DNA from: an uncultured bacterium
GTDB taxonomy: Bacteria > Patescibacteriota > Gracilibacteria > UBA1369 > PNNO01
Length of the DNA stretch: 32,000 bases
NCBI GenBank assembly: GCA_963704705.1
Contig: OY969931.1
Location: 30,001 to 62,000 of the forward strand
Direction of reading: 5' to 3'
Under the pieces are notes generated by a model that worked only from the letters and a program-made list of their open reading frames with translations, ran no database searches and had not been told where the DNA came from. The translations under genes and the position numbers were made by a program. Positions 1 to 7,527 of this stretch are shown here, piece by piece (positions within the stretch are counted from its first letter, which is position 1; each line of letters begins with the position of its first letter).

Positions 1-864
1 GGAACGGCAAAAGGAGATTTAATCGGATATAGTGCAAGCAACACTCCGGCCAGAGTACCTTTAGGGGCACTTAACGGTTATGTTTTAACTCAGGATTCAG
101 CTTCTGCAGCCGGGGTTAAATGGGCTGCACCTTCTGTTATTGACGACTCACTCGATTTTGCGCAGTTCAGTGATTCAATGACGCTTGACGCAAGCACTTC
201 AATAAATCTCGCGGGCCAAAATTTAACAATTAATGACGCGACAGGAGGCGGAGCATTAAAATTGGGCACCGTTGATACAACTGGCACGTTATTTGTTCTT
301 GATACTAAAACAACCGCCGGAGATCCTACCGGCACCAACGGGGCGATGTATTATAACTCCAATTCAAATACAAGGCGCTGTTATGATAACGGAGCATGGA
401 AAAATTGCGATGCCAACGTTGCCAATTATCTGTTTGCGTATGATACTACGGATCAAACCGTATTAAGTACTGGCGCATTTCAAACGATTACTTTTACCAA
501 CCCTTCAGCGGTTGCAAGTGGCTGGACTTACAGCGCAGGTAATTTTACCGCTCCTGCAGCCGGCCTTTATCTAGTACAATATAATGCCGAAGTTGGCAGA
601 GATAACAACGGGGATAGTACAGTTACGATTCGTGCTACAAAAAATGCTGCGGAAATAAGCGGCAGCGCAGCTTTTTCTTCTCCGTCCAAGGGTAATAGAC
701 CGGTCAGATTAATGAATTCTTTCATGGTCAATTTGTCGGCAAGCGATTTGCTTCAACTTCAATTAACAGCAGACGGTACAGGACACAGTGTTGGCTTGTT
801 TTCAAATAATGACTACGGTACAACTAAACCAAGAATAACCCTAACCATAACAAAATTAACTTAA
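1..864 (+). CDS. Fibre-like surface protein (5' end outside window) with C-terminal C1q/BclA-type globular head
   Basis: Frame 1 is open from nt 1 with no stop, in the same frame as listed ORF 178..864, so the gene enters from upstream. The N-part (GDLIGYSASNTPARVPLGALNGYVLTQDSASAAGVKWAAP; GAMYYNSNSNTRRCYDNGAWKNC) resembles tail-fibre/fibre-type segments. The last ~140 aa (NFTAPAAGLYLVQYNAEV...TVTIRATKNAAEISGS...LLQLQLTA...ITLTITKLT) follow the beta-strand pattern of BclA-C/C1q-like jelly-roll heads. Confidence 0.6.
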   Translation, partial: GTAKGDLIGYSASNTPARVPLGALNGYVLTQDSASAAGVKWAAPSVIDDSLDFAQFSDSMTLDASTSINLAGQNLTINDATGGGALKLGTVDTTGTLFVLDTKTTAGDPTGTNGAMYYNSNSNTRRCYDNGAWKNCDANVANYLFAYDTTDQTVLSTGAFQTITFTNPSAVASGWTYSAGNFTAPAAGLYLVQYNAEVGRDNNGDSTVTIRATKNAAEISGSAAFSSPSKGNRPVRLMNSFMVNLSASDLLQLQLTADGTGHSVGLFSNNDYGTTKPRITLTITKLT

Positions 865-870
865 TATTAT

Positions 871-1314
871 ATGAAATCAAACCTTCTTAAATCCAAAAAA
901 CTAAGTCTCGCAATTAAAATTGTAATAATTTTTATTATTGCTCTAGTTGTTCTTTTTGCAATTTATTTTGCACTTGATCGTGCCGGCGTTATTCAAACTT
1001 ACCAGCTCGGTCTTCAGACGCAGGAACAACAAACTATGCAGCAAGAAGATCAGATGGCATTGGAAAGTCTTAAAAAGATTATACTGTTACCTGATGATTT
1101 TGATCCAACAATAGCTGTTATTAAAGATGCTGAAGCTTTAAAACAAGAGCAGCCTGACTTTTTTGGAAATGCGAAAAATGGCGATCGTGTGATTATTTAT
1201 CCGGATACAGCAATAATTTATGATTATCAGGCAAATAAAATTATTAAAGTAGGGCCTGTGACAATGCAACCTGCGCCAACTGCAGAAGGTGAGAATACCG
1301 AAACACCTCAATAA
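871..1314 (+). CDS. Single-pass membrane-anchored hypothetical protein
   Basis: The ATG lies 7 nt after the upstream stop. A basic N-terminus is followed by a hydrophobic helix (LAIKIVIIFIIALVVLFAIYFAL), a Q-rich linker and a small C-terminal domain. No family recognised. Confidence 0.6.
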   Translation: MKSNLLKSKKLSLAIKIVIIFIIALVVLFAIYFALDRAGVIQTYQLGLQTQEQQTMQQEDQMALESLKKIILLPDDFDPTIAVIKDAEALKQEQPDFFGNAKNGDRVIIYPDTAIIYDYQANKIIKVGPVTMQPAPTAEGENTETPQ

Positions 1315-1316
1315 AT

Positions 1317-2318
1317 ATGAAAAAATTTACAGCATTATTCGCGATTATATTTTTTTTATCGTCGACTGTAGCTTTCGCTATCAACGACGTTACCATTACG
1401 GATGTCACAAATTTTGATTTAAATACCGCGGATACAGCGGCAGCAACAACAATCACTGCTGCAACAGGCGGTGTCGCAACAAATCTTTATGTTGAATCAA
1501 ATTATATTGATATTACAATCGACAACCTTTCTGCAATCACTTTTAATACAACCGTTGGTGGAAATTATTTGAAGATCACAAAAGTTTCAGGTTCAAGTGA
1601 TTACACGCTTGTTCCAACATGTCCAACAACGACCGCGACAATTACCGGCACAGGAGCTCAGGTGGTTTTGCGTCTACAGGTTTATACAACAGACCAATGT
1701 ACTGTCGTTGTTCCGCCATCAGGAGGCGGCGGCGGTGGCGGTGGAGGTATTATAAACACTCCTGGAGAATCTGTTTTGAGCTCCCCTTTTATAGACATTG
1801 ATGGGCACTGGGCGGAAGCATACATAAACAAGGTGTATAACCTCGGATATGTTCAGGGATATGAAGACAACACCTTCAAACCCGATCAATACATTACGCG
1901 TGCTGAAGCAGCCAAGTTGATTGCTCTATGGTTTGATAAAAATATAACCAACGCTTCTTGTTTAGCAGATTTCTATTCAGATGTGTCATGTGACGAATGG
2001 TTTGGCGGCTACATAGGGTTTTTGACAGATAAAGGAGTGTTGCAGGGTTATAACGATGGAACTTTTGGTCCCGGATTAAAAGTGACAAGAGCTGAAGCTC
2101 TAAAAATGATGATATATGCTAAAGAGCTTCAAGATATCGACATAGTTGGAGTCAACAATCCGTTCAGCGATATCTTCTTTGAAAACTGGTACTACAACGT
2201 AGTAATGGTCGGATATAAACTTTTGATTGTACAGGGCTATTCAGATGGAACCTTTAGGCCAAACATTTCTATCACACGCGCCGAATACACCAAGATTTTT
2301 AGTGAAACATTTTTGTAG
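1317..2318 (+). CDS. Secreted S-layer-homology (SLH) domain protein
   Basis: Signal peptide MKKFTALFAIIFFLSSTVAFA, then a Gly9 linker. Three C-terminal SLH repeats follow (HWAEAYINKVYNLGYVQGYEDNTFKPDQYITRAEAAKL; WFGGYIGFLTDKGVLQGYNDGTFGPGLKVTRAEALKM; WYYNVVMVGYKLLIVQGYSDGTFRPNISITRAEYTKI). Confidence 0.8.
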   Translation: MKKFTALFAIIFFLSSTVAFAINDVTITDVTNFDLNTADTAAATTITAATGGVATNLYVESNYIDITIDNLSAITFNTTVGGNYLKITKVSGSSDYTLVPTCPTTTATITGTGAQVVLRLQVYTTDQCTVVVPPSGGGGGGGGGIINTPGESVLSSPFIDIDGHWAEAYINKVYNLGYVQGYEDNTFKPDQYITRAEAAKLIALWFDKNITNASCLADFYSDVSCDEWFGGYIGFLTDKGVLQGYNDGTFGPGLKVTRAEALKMMIYAKELQDIDIVGVNNPFSDIFFENWYYNVVMVGYKLLIVQGYSDGTFRPNISITRAEYTKIFSETFL

Positions 2319-2331
2319 AATGTAGAATAAA

Positions 2332-3624
2332 TTATTCCATCTTACCAAAGCGCTCTATCGCCTGCGCAAGTTCTACATGGTTCTTTGCATATTCTTTTAT
2401 ACTCTTCTTCTTTTGCCATGCCTCGCATGCCTGCACTAGAGCGGTAGCACCTGCTTTTGTGCCTCCCGGATGCCCATGAACACCTCCGCCCATTGTGGTT
2501 ATAAAATCAACACTTTTGATAACGTCAATAAAAGGTTTTAATTTTGTAGGGTTTAATCCGCCCGAAGCAATTGGAACTGTACCTTTCATTCCATGCCAGT
2601 CCTGGGTAAAGAATTCAGTTTTTGACTTTGGAAGATATGCCGCATTAGCCGCCTGAATATCATCATTTACATCACCTGCCATTTTACCTATACCTGCAGT
2701 TCCTGTATGAACAGCCGAAGCTCCAGCAAGTCTTGCGAATTTAGCAAGGATAGTAGCTGTATATCCAATTGGATTTTCAGGTCTTGTCATTGCTCCATGT
2801 CCTGCTCTGTGGAAGTGGATTACAACATTTGGCCATAATCTTCTTGCTGTCTGAACAGCTGTCCAGCCCGCAGTAATTCCATCAACAAGAAAACAATAGC
2901 TTCCTTTTTTCATCTTTTTAATTATATATTCCGCACGCTTTTTCATTGTCATAAAATCCGGAGAAGAAATATTAAATGAGTGGATTTTTTTATGCCCGGT
3001 TTCTTTTTCCGCCTTATCCATAGCTTTTCGAATTGCATCAACGGTTTTAAAGTAAGGGCAAAAATCCTGATCAGCCTGCGGTTCATCATGCTTAACGAAA
3101 TCTCCTCCGCCACTCCAGAACAAATAAGCTTTATGTGCAAATTCACTTGGTTTTAATCCGATTTTAGGTTTAATAATTGTTCCTAAAATTGGTCTGTTAT
3201 AGACATTTAAATATTTTCGAATATCAGGGAGTGAAACATTAGGTCCGTCATAAGCTTTAAGCATTTCTTTAGGAAACCAAACATCTAAAAGCTTCAAAGC
3301 TTTTATTGTAGACATACCAAAAACATTTCCGGCTATATAAGTCATAATATTTTGGATATTGCCTCCTCTATCAAATATTCTCCATGGATAAGCAATCCAG
3401 ACAAGATTTTTCTTTTTATCAACTTTATAAACTTTTGCATCAAGCCCTACTGATAATTTTGTATCAGTAACTTTTATATTTGAACCAGTGCTTGATTCAG
3501 CTGCAACCTCTGAAGCAGCATCTAAGATATCAATTCCTTTGGCCGGGACAAGATGAAAAACCGACAGGAGATAAGCTCCTGAAGTTAAATTTTTAAGTTT
3601 CAGGTCGATGTACTCTTTTTGCAT
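2332..3624 (-). CDS. rbcL: RuBisCO large subunit, form III-like (or II/III)
   Basis: 430 aa with the full RuBisCO catalytic signature: AAESSTG, AGNVFG, GTIIKPKIGL, GGGDFVKHDE (carbamyl-Lys plus Asp/Glu metal ligands), IHFHRAGHGA, VHTGTAGIGKMAG, ASGGL and MGGGVHGHPGG. No small-subunit gene is adjacent. Confidence 0.9.
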   Translation of the reverse strand: MQKEYIDLKLKNLTSGAYLLSVFHLVPAKGIDILDAASEVAAESSTGSNIKVTDTKLSVGLDAKVYKVDKKKNLVWIAYPWRIFDRGGNIQNIMTYIAGNVFGMSTIKALKLLDVWFPKEMLKAYDGPNVSLPDIRKYLNVYNRPILGTIIKPKIGLKPSEFAHKAYLFWSGGGDFVKHDEPQADQDFCPYFKTVDAIRKAMDKAEKETGHKKIHSFNISSPDFMTMKKRAEYIIKKMKKGSYCFLVDGITAGWTAVQTARRLWPNVVIHFHRAGHGAMTRPENPIGYTATILAKFARLAGASAVHTGTAGIGKMAGDVNDDIQAANAAYLPKSKTEFFTQDWHGMKGTVPIASGGLNPTKLKPFIDVIKSVDFITTMGGGVHGHPGGTKAGATALVQACEAWQKKKSIKEYAKNHVELAQAIERFGKME

Positions 3625-3650
3625 GATTTTTTGGTTATATATTTTAAAGC

Positions 3651-3662
3651 ATTATACCACAT
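3651..3662 (-). promoter_or_regulatory. Extended -10 promoter element for rbcL
   Basis: The minus strand reads ATGTGGTATAAT (TGn-TATAAT) about 26 nt upstream of the rbcL ATG. The same 11-mer, TGTGGTATAAT, recurs at 19139..19149. Confidence 0.5.
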
Positions 3663-3671
3663 TTTTTTCTT

Positions 3672-3712
3672 TTACAAAAAAATTCCCCTGCCAATTATTT
3701 ATTGGACAGGGG
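3672..3712 (-). terminator. Rho-independent terminator after the 3728..4114 gene
   Basis: The minus strand reads CCCCTGTCCAAT-AAATA-ATTGGCAGGGG (11-bp stem with one bulged T) followed by AATTTTTTTGT. Confidence 0.7.
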
Positions 3713-3727
3713 AAAAGAGAGTTTCGC

Positions 3728-4114
3728 TTATGCGTAGAATCCGAAATAAAGAAGAACGAGCCCTAAAATCAAAGAACCCGCACCTGCAGCCATAAAGAAA
3801 GCCGCATTTTTAAACCACCCTTCAAAGATTCTAACTGTTTTTGGAAAGACCATAAGCCACACACCTTTTACAAGACCGATCCAACCGATAAGGGTAACAA
3901 GCACAGCCCAGTTTGCTTCCCAAATATTGTGATTTAGGATAATCAAAAGTCCAATCGTAATAGCAATCATACTCCACATGAACATAAAAGTTGTGTCCTT
4001 CATCATGTCAGCAACAACCTTTTGGTAGTATTTTGCATTAAAAAGAAAGCCAAGCCCAAGAGCAACCGCGACTGCCCCATACAGCTGAGCTACAAGCAAT
4101 GCAACAGCATCCAT
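3728..4114 (-). CDS. Small 4-TM integral membrane protein, paralog A
   Basis: 128 aa with four hydrophobic segments. Shares the HNIWE..W motif and the YFGFYA/YFGWFA C-terminus with the 4629..5015 product. Confidence 0.7.
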   Translation of the reverse strand: MDAVALLVAQLYGAVAVALGLGFLFNAKYYQKVVADMMKDTTFMFMWSMIAITIGLLIILNHNIWEANWAVLVTLIGWIGLVKGVWLMVFPKTVRIFEGWFKNAAFFMAAGAGSLILGLVLLYFGFYA

Positions 4115-4156
4115 ATTTATAAGGTTAAAAAATTAATGAAATTATAACATACTTTG

Positions 4157-4184
4157 TTGACAACTGCCACAATAAAGATATAAT
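4157..4184 (+). promoter_or_regulatory. Sigma70-type promoter for 4210..4632
   Basis: TTGACA, 16-nt spacer, TATAAT. The -10 ends 25 nt before the ATG. Confidence 0.55.
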
Positions 4185-4209
4185 AAACTCCTTTTTTTAA
4201 AAAAATTAT

Positions 4210-4632
4210 ATGGGAACAATTGATAAGCTCCCTTTGCCAGATCAGGAAGGTAACTTTGATCCAGCAAAATTCAATAGAGATTTTTTATTGATGGACTCTG
4301 CTCTTGCTGAAGTTGAAGCAATAATAGAGCAAGCCAACAGCACCGGGAATTTAACACAAAGGGCTATTGCAATTAAAAAGGGAGTAGAAATGATTACATA
4401 TATGCTGCATTACCTTGCTCAGGCTTATTATGTTTCAAAAGGCAGGGTTACTCTTTCACCGGTTTTTAAAAATAAGGAATTAAGTTTTCCTTACAGGCCA
4501 CCAGAATTGTGGGATGTAATAGAAGGAAAACAAGCTCCAAGCCATTTAGACATGGAGCCTGTCTCAGATGAGTCACAAGATATAACTTCGGCTGTATTAA
4601 CTCAATTAGATGAGGTGGGTAAAATTGACTAA
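4210..4632 (+). CDS. Hypothetical protein (140 aa, soluble, acidic C-terminus)
   Basis: ORF with a canonical promoter upstream. No family recognised. Its stop overlaps the stop of the convergent 4629..5015 gene. Confidence 0.55.
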   Translation: MGTIDKLPLPDQEGNFDPAKFNRDFLLMDSALAEVEAIIEQANSTGNLTQRAIAIKKGVEMITYMLHYLAQAYYVSKGRVTLSPVFKNKELSFPYRPPELWDVIEGKQAPSHLDMEPVSDESQDITSAVLTQLDEVGKID

Positions 4633-5015
4633 GCGAACCATCCGAAATATCCAAGTACAAGACCGAGAATCAAATAAAATAGTCCTGCAGCAATAAGCAG
4701 GCCTTTTCCCTTGAACCATTTAGATGTCATTTGTCCTGTTTCGCCAGGAAGAAGCAATAACATTACACCTTTAATAACGCCAACCCATCCAAAGATAGTG
4801 ATGATAACAACCCAGCTTGATTCCCAAATATTGTGAACCAATACAACTGCTGTTCCAACCACTAAAGCCAAAATTCCGAAAAAAACCAACATTACCTCGT
4901 CTTTCACGATTTTTTGATACATTTTTTGATAAAAATTTATTTTTATCAACAGCGACAAACCGATCACAACCAAAACTACTCCAAGCAGCTGCGCTAAATA
5001 GAGCGATAGTTCCAT
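4629..5015 (-). CDS. Small 4-TM integral membrane protein, paralog B
   Basis: 128 aa and colinear with the 3728..4114 product (LAQL.G.V.V..GL..L, VHNIWESSW, GW.G..KG, LILGLVL.YFG). A 16-nt stretch, TTCCCAAATATTGTGA, is shared at the motif. Confidence 0.7.
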   Translation of the reverse strand: MELSLYLAQLLGVVLVVIGLSLLIKINFYQKMYQKIVKDEVMLVFFGILALVVGTAVVLVHNIWESSWVVIITIFGWVGVIKGVMLLLLPGETGQMTSKWFKGKGLLIAAGLFYLILGLVLGYFGWFA

Positions 5016-5044
5016 ACCCGTTTGGGTTAAAAAATAAAACTATC

Positions 5045-5482
5045 TTACATTTTATTATAAATTACCTTATAAGGCCAGTCGTCTGAATTTTTAACAAGCC
5101 CCGCTTCAACCGGATTTTCATTTATATAATTATAAACATGCTTGAATGAATTTTTTGTTGCGATTGGTTTATTTTGATATGGCCCCTGAAATACATGCCC
5201 GGAATTATCGTATTTGTAATTAAAATATCTTGCATAGGAAAGATTGAGCAAATGCATAAATTTTGGAATTTTATCAGGTTTTTGCCCACATCTTAGCAGC
5301 AGGTGATAATGGTTTGGCATTAAACAACAAATATATATTTTTATATTTAGAAGCTCTTTAAGCTGCGCAATTTTGAACATAAAAAACCTGTAATCCGACT
5401 CGCTTAAAAACAATTTTTGTTTATAAAATCCGCGATTATATATGTGGTAAGCCGTGTATTTACAAAGGATATTTTTTCTCAT
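5045..5482 (-). CDS. HUH Y1 transposase, REP-associated tyrosine transposase (RAYT)/IS200-like
   Basis: 145 aa with the HUH motif in CLMPNHYHLLL, GHVFQGPY, and a catalytic-Tyr region YNYINENPVEAGLV. These are typical of the Y1_Tnp/COG1943 family. Confidence 0.8.
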   Translation of the reverse strand: MRKNILCKYTAYHIYNRGFYKQKLFLSESDYRFFMFKIAQLKELLNIKIYICCLMPNHYHLLLRCGQKPDKIPKFMHLLNLSYARYFNYKYDNSGHVFQGPYQNKPIATKNSFKHVYNYINENPVEAGLVKNSDDWPYKVIYNKM

Positions 5483-5542
5483 ACCCCCATAATATTCCCC
5501 AATTATTAAGAAATTCTAAAAATTTTCTAAAATATTTTTTTT

Positions 5543-5613
5543 TAGACCAGGTCTGGCCGCCAGACCTGGTCTACCCTTCGAACCTGGTCTGCCCGGTAGA
5601 CTCGGTCTACCCC
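5543..5613. repeat. GC-rich REP-like palindromic repeat cluster
   Basis: A perfect 31-bp palindrome, TAGACCAGGTCTGGC-C-GCCAGACCTGGTCTA (5543..5573), is followed by two degenerate units: GAACCTGGTCTGCCC (5580..5594) and GGTAGACTCGGTCTACCC (5596..5613). Each unit contains a mini-palindrome AGACC-N-GGTCT. The cluster lies 60 nt upstream of the RAYT-like gene. Confidence 0.75.
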
Positions 5614-5626
5614 TCCTCATATTTCC

Positions 5627-5655
5627 TTGTTTTTTAGCTTGGACAAGAGTAAAAT
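5627..5655 (+). promoter_or_regulatory. Candidate promoter for rny
   Basis: TTGTTT, 17-nt spacer, TAAAAT. The -10 ends 33 nt before the ATG at 5689. Confidence 0.35.
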
Positions 5656-5688
5656 ATCAGCACTAAACAGCATGTTACACGTACTATA

Positions 5689-7224
5689 ATGAACTTAACT
5701 AATATATTAATAATCGCGGGAGCATTGGTTCTTGGCGCTATTGTAAGCCAGGCTATTTTTCGAAGGATTAATTTTGTTGATATTGCAAAGACAAAACAGA
5801 AAAACGACGAACTTTTACAGCAGGCCAAAGAAGAAGCAGAGCAAATAAAAAGAGAGGCAAATGAAAAAACCCAGAGTGTAAGTCAAAACACAGAAGATAC
5901 GATGAATCAGATGAAAACTCTCATCCATACTATTGAACAAAACGTGAAATTTAAGGAGGAAGCTCTAGAAAGAAAAGAAATGAAAAATGATCACTTGAGA
6001 GGCGCAATAATTGATAATGAAAGCCAAATTAAAGAAAGTGAGGAAAGGCAAATTCAGCTTGAAGAACTTATAAAACAAAGGTTGGCTACCCAGTCAGGAG
6101 AAAAAATTGAAAATCTTAAAATGGCACTTGTTTCGAAATTTGAAAAAGAAATTTCAATGGAAGCAGTTGAAAGAATTTCAAAAAAAGTTGATGAAGTGCG
6201 AGAAAACGCGGAAAAAATAGCAAAAGAAATTATCCGCAGCTCTTTACAAAAATTCAGCGACGAAACTTCGGTTGAGAAAAAAGAAGCAAAAGTTATTGTT
6301 CCTCGCGATGAAGCAAAAGCTGTAATCGTTGGGCCCAATGCAGAAACTGTTAAAAAAATTGAAGAACTTCTGGATATTGACATCGTATTTAACGACGAAC
6401 CTAAAACAATTACAATCGCAACATTCGATCTTTTACGTAAAAATGTTGCCCGGATTACTCTCGAAAAGCTTGTTACAATGCGCTATATCAAAGAGCAGGA
6501 TATAAAAAACGCAATTGCGGCAGCTAAAAAAATTATTGAACAGGATCTTGAAAAAGTCGGAGAAAAAGCAGTTAAAAAAATGGGATTCAAGCGTGAATTT
6601 CCTAAAGATCTTATAAAAATTATCGGTAGACTTAAATATAGAACAAGTTACGGTCAAAACATTTTACTTCATTCTTTTGAGGTAGCTTCAATGGCGGAAC
6701 TTTTAGCGGGAGAGCTTGGACTTGACACTGAAATGGTTAAAATTGCAGCATTTTTTCATGATATCGGAAAAGCGATTGATCAGCATATAGAAGGGTCTTC
6801 GCACGATGTGCTTACCCGTGAAATTATGACCAAATACGGTTGCTTTACTCCTGAAGAAATTCATGCGGCATGGACACACCATGAAGCAGAAACTCCTCAA
6901 ACTCCTGAAGCCAGATTGGTTATGGCATCTGATGCAATCTCTGCTGGCCGACCGGGTGCTCGTCAGGAATCTCTTGATAAATATTTGGAAAGGCTGCATG
7001 CACTGGAGCATATTGCTAGTTCATATAATGGCGTACAAAAATCATTTGCTATTTCAGCTGGACGTGAATTAAGAGTTTTGATTAATCCTGAAGATATTAG
7101 TGATGCTGAAATGGATAAAACAGCAAAAGATATTGCGCAGGAAATAGAAAAAAGCTTAAATTATCCCGGAAAAATTAAAGTTAATTTGATAAGGCGTACA
7201 CGTGCTGTTGACTACGCAAAATAA
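5689..7224 (+). CDS. rny: Ribonuclease Y
   Basis: N-terminal TM helix (ILIIAGALVLGAIVSQAIF), a long E/K-rich coiled coil, a KH-like segment and an HD domain (HSFEVASMAELLAGELG...FFHDIGKA). The C-terminus PGKIKVNLIRRTRAVDYAK is typical of RNase Y. Confidence 0.9.
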   Translation: MNLTNILIIAGALVLGAIVSQAIFRRINFVDIAKTKQKNDELLQQAKEEAEQIKREANEKTQSVSQNTEDTMNQMKTLIHTIEQNVKFKEEALERKEMKNDHLRGAIIDNESQIKESEERQIQLEELIKQRLATQSGEKIENLKMALVSKFEKEISMEAVERISKKVDEVRENAEKIAKEIIRSSLQKFSDETSVEKKEAKVIVPRDEAKAVIVGPNAETVKKIEELLDIDIVFNDEPKTITIATFDLLRKNVARITLEKLVTMRYIKEQDIKNAIAAAKKIIEQDLEKVGEKAVKKMGFKREFPKDLIKIIGRLKYRTSYGQNILLHSFEVASMAELLAGELGLDTEMVKIAAFFHDIGKAIDQHIEGSSHDVLTREIMTKYGCFTPEEIHAAWTHHEAETPQTPEARLVMASDAISAGRPGARQESLDKYLERLHALEHIASSYNGVQKSFAISAGRELRVLINPEDISDAEMDKTAKDIAQEIEKSLNYPGKIKVNLIRRTRAVDYAK

Positions 7225-7235
7225 TCCTATTAAAT

Positions 7236-7514
7236 ATGTTTGGACGTAAAAAGAAAAAAAAGAAGGGCATGGTTGATAAACTCGTGATGGGTGCAATCAT
7301 AGGCGGCGCAATCGGATCGGTTGTTGGAATGACAGTGGCGCCGAAAAAAGGAGACGAAACCCGAAAGTATCTTAAGGAAAAAGGAAAAGAAGCATATGAA
7401 AAAGGAAAAGAATTTATAAACGAACACGAAGGAGATTTTGATAATTTAAAAGAACAGGCTAAAGACAAGGGCGGCAGAGTATGGAAATCTGCAAAATCAA
7501 TATTCCGAAAATAG
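7236..7514 (+). CDS. YtxH-like small membrane-associated protein
   Basis: GAIIGGAIGSVVGMTVAPKKGDETRKYLKEKGKE matches the YtxH-domain pattern. The N-terminus has a Lys6 run. Confidence 0.7.
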   Translation: MFGRKKKKKKGMVDKLVMGAIIGGAIGSVVGMTVAPKKGDETRKYLKEKGKEAYEKGKEFINEHEGDFDNLKEQAKDKGGRVWKSAKSIFRK

Positions 7515-7527
7515 CAATGTACAAGCT

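Noticed and set aside
1-2318. A prophage remnant as the origin of the tail-fibre-like first gene.
   Set aside because: There are no phage structural, lysis or integrase genes within the window, and its operon partners are an SLH protein and a membrane anchor. A cellular surface locus is the simpler reading. Upstream sequence is needed to be sure.
6054-6383. Antisense or overlapping ORFs inside well-supported genes. Examples: 90..338, 1244..1456, 2949..3146, 6054..6383, 6433..7011, 7181..7703, 8592..8888, 10518..10969, 11358..12000, 12201..12858, 14270..14796, 14950..16912, 17077..17981, 18352..18726, 21649..22000, 23330..23536, 25038..25250, 25803..26244.
   Set aside because: Each lies within or opposite a gene with clear homology or motifs. 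Their translations are low-complexity (F/S/L/I-rich), as expected from the reverse complement of an AT-rich coding strand. No independent support.
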